DNA from: Vicinamibacterales bacterium
GTDB taxonomy: Bacteria; Acidobacteriota; Vicinamibacteria; Vicinamibacterales; UBA8438
Reading direction: 5' to 3'
Assembly (NCBI GenBank): GCA_965243615.1
Contig: CBDEVO010000003.1
Span: forward strand, 5,594,471 to 5,658,470
Length of the DNA stretch: 64,000 bases
Shown here in pieces: positions 62,772 through 64,000 of this stretch. The notes below the pieces were generated by a model. That model saw only the letters and a list, made by a program, of their open reading frames with translations. It had not been told where the DNA came from and searched no databases. Made by a program: the position numbers and the translations under genes. The stretch's first letter is position 1. Each line of letters starts with the position of its first letter.

Positions 62772-64000
62772 ATGTGGACCGATACGCACAGCAAGACCAT
62801 GGGCCGCGCCGCGGCGGCGCTGCTGCTCGCCGGGGCGGGAATCCTGCTGACCAGCGGGCCGGCCCTCACCCAGTCGACGACCAACTGCGGCAGCGTCGAC
62901 GGGATCGACAAGCCGGTCTGCGTCGTCAGCGGGCGCATCGCCGGCGACACGACCTGGGACAGCAACAGCTACTGGGTGCTGCGGGGCGCGGTCTTCGTCG
63001 ACCCGCCGGCCCGGCTCACCATCGACGCGGGCACCGAGATCTTCGGAGAGTTCGCCACCAACGGCACCCTCATCGTCGCCCGCGGCGCCCAGATCCTCGC
63101 CAACGGCACGGCGAGCGCCCCCATCGTGTTCAGCAGCGACCAGCCCATCGGCGAGCGGGGGCGGGCCGACTGGGGCGGGCTCATCATCAACGGCCGCGCG
63201 CCCCTCAACGTCCCGGGCGGCGAGGCCGTCGGCGAGGGCGACACCGGCACCTACGGCGGCAACGACCCGGCCGACGACAGCGGGCACCTGCGCTACGTCC
63301 GCGTGGAGTTCGCCGGCACCGAGTTCAGCCCCGACAACGAGCTGAACGGCATCGCCTTCCAGGGCGTGGGCAGCAACACCGAGGTCGACCACGTCATGGT
63401 CAAGTACAACAAGGACGACGGCCTCGAGTTCTTCGGCGGCACCGTCCAGGTGAAGCACGTCGTGCTGCAGGGCATCGCCGACGACAGCGTCGACTGGACC
63501 GACGGCTGGACCGGCAAGGGGCAGTTCATCATCGTCATGCAGAGCGGCGACGACGCCGACCAGGGCATCGAGGGGGACAACAACGGCGACAACAACAACC
63601 TGACGCCGCGCTCGAACCCGATCCTCTACAACCTGACCCTGATCGGCGACCCGGACACCGACGACGGCAGCGAGAGCGACATCGGCATGCTGCTGCGCGA
63701 GGGCACCTCCGCCACCATCCGGAACTTCATCGTCCTCGGATTCAAGGAGGCCTCCGTCGACATCGACCACACCGCGACGTACGATCAGGTCGACAACGGG
63801 AGCCTGACCCTCGGGAGCGGCATCATCCACGACAACTGCTCGGTGAGCGGCTGCGACGGCCAGTTCCGGCCCGACAGCGACGACGCCGCGGCGACGACCC
63901 CGACGAAGGACTTCGTCACGGGCAGCTCCAACGTCTCGTTCGTCGACCCGGTGCTGGCGGCCCCCTACGACCTGTCGAGCCCCGACTTCCGCCCGGCCGC
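62772..64000 (+). CDS. secreted repetitive (beta-helix-like?) hypothetical protein, partial (3' end beyond window)
   Basis: My own translation gives MWTDTHSKTMGRAAAALLLAGAGILLTSGPALTQ..., GRADWGGLIINGRAPLN, HLRYVRVEFAG, DGLEFFGGTV and DDSVDWTDGW. The frame stays open to the window end, so it is not in the ORF track. The 62748..63830 minus ORF is its antisense shadow. Confidence 0.6.
   Translation, partial: MWTDTHSKTMGRAAAALLLAGAGILLTSGPALTQSTTNCGSVDGIDKPVCVVSGRIAGDTTWDSNSYWVLRGAVFVDPPARLTIDAGTEIFGEFATNGTLIVARGAQILANGTASAPIVFSSDQPIGERGRADWGGLIINGRAPLNVPGGEAVGEGDTGTYGGNDPADDSGHLRYVRVEFAGTEFSPDNELNGIAFQGVGSNTEVDHVMVKYNKDDGLEFFGGTVQVKHVVLQGIADDSVDWTDGWTGKGQFIIVMQSGDDADQGIEGDNNGDNNNLTPRSNPILYNLTLIGDPDTDDGSESDIGMLLREGTSATIRNFIVLGFKEASVDIDHTATYDQVDNGSLTLGSGIIHDNCSVSGCDGQFRPDSDDAAATTPTKDFVTGSSNVSFVDPVLAAPYDLSSPDFRPA

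Noticed and set aside
1-64000. CRISPR arrays, rRNA genes, prophage, integrase, toxin-antitoxin or known defence-system genes
   Set aside because: I looked for regularly spaced direct repeats and hallmark motifs on both strands and saw none. The only repeats found are the palindromic family, the 33-bp coding tandem repeat and the IS termini.

Overview
This is a very GC-rich (about 70% by eye), densely coding bacterial chromosomal segment. The gene content points to Acidobacteriota or a close relative, which is inference only. The markers are PadR next to an ADOP-type duplicated FtsX permease, a VWFA-type protein next to OmpA, a DUF1592/DUF1552 pair and CRTAC1/FG-GAP proteins. I call about 55 protein genes, one tRNA-Pro(UGG), one complete IS element with target-site duplication, a small palindromic intergenic repeat family and several decayed genes. 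The housekeeping blocks are: an ilvD-ilvB-ilvN-ilvC operon, msrB, a dihydroorotase, recQ, amidase-GerMN-rph-rdgB, and a complete Pho block (phoR-phoB-phoU-pstB-pstA-pstC-pstS) followed by a TonB-dependent receptor. The most interesting items are these. (1) An in-frame UGA sits exactly at the first Cys of a W-C-P-Y-C thioredoxin-fold active site, with a SECIS-like hairpin 14 nt downstream, so this is a candidate selenoprotein fused to a DsbD-N-like domain (41192-42334). (2) A tightly coupled operon (13956-18457) has two small RBS-preceded peptide ORFs, a SpoIIM/DUF95-like membrane protein, an ABC ATPase, an ABC-2 permease, a further multipass membrane protein and a 418-aa orphan protein. It is followed by a small TM peptide and a TlpA-like redoxin, and could be a peptide/bacteriocin-like export-immunity or maturation system. 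(3) A textbook leader-peptide attenuator lies upstream of ilvD, with promoter, Val/Ile-rich 28-aa leader, mutually exclusive CATCAT/ATGATG helices and a U7 terminator. (4) A 7-kb patch of gene decay surrounds the IS. Many long ORFs in the supplied track are antisense or out-of-frame shadows typical of high-GC DNA and were not called.
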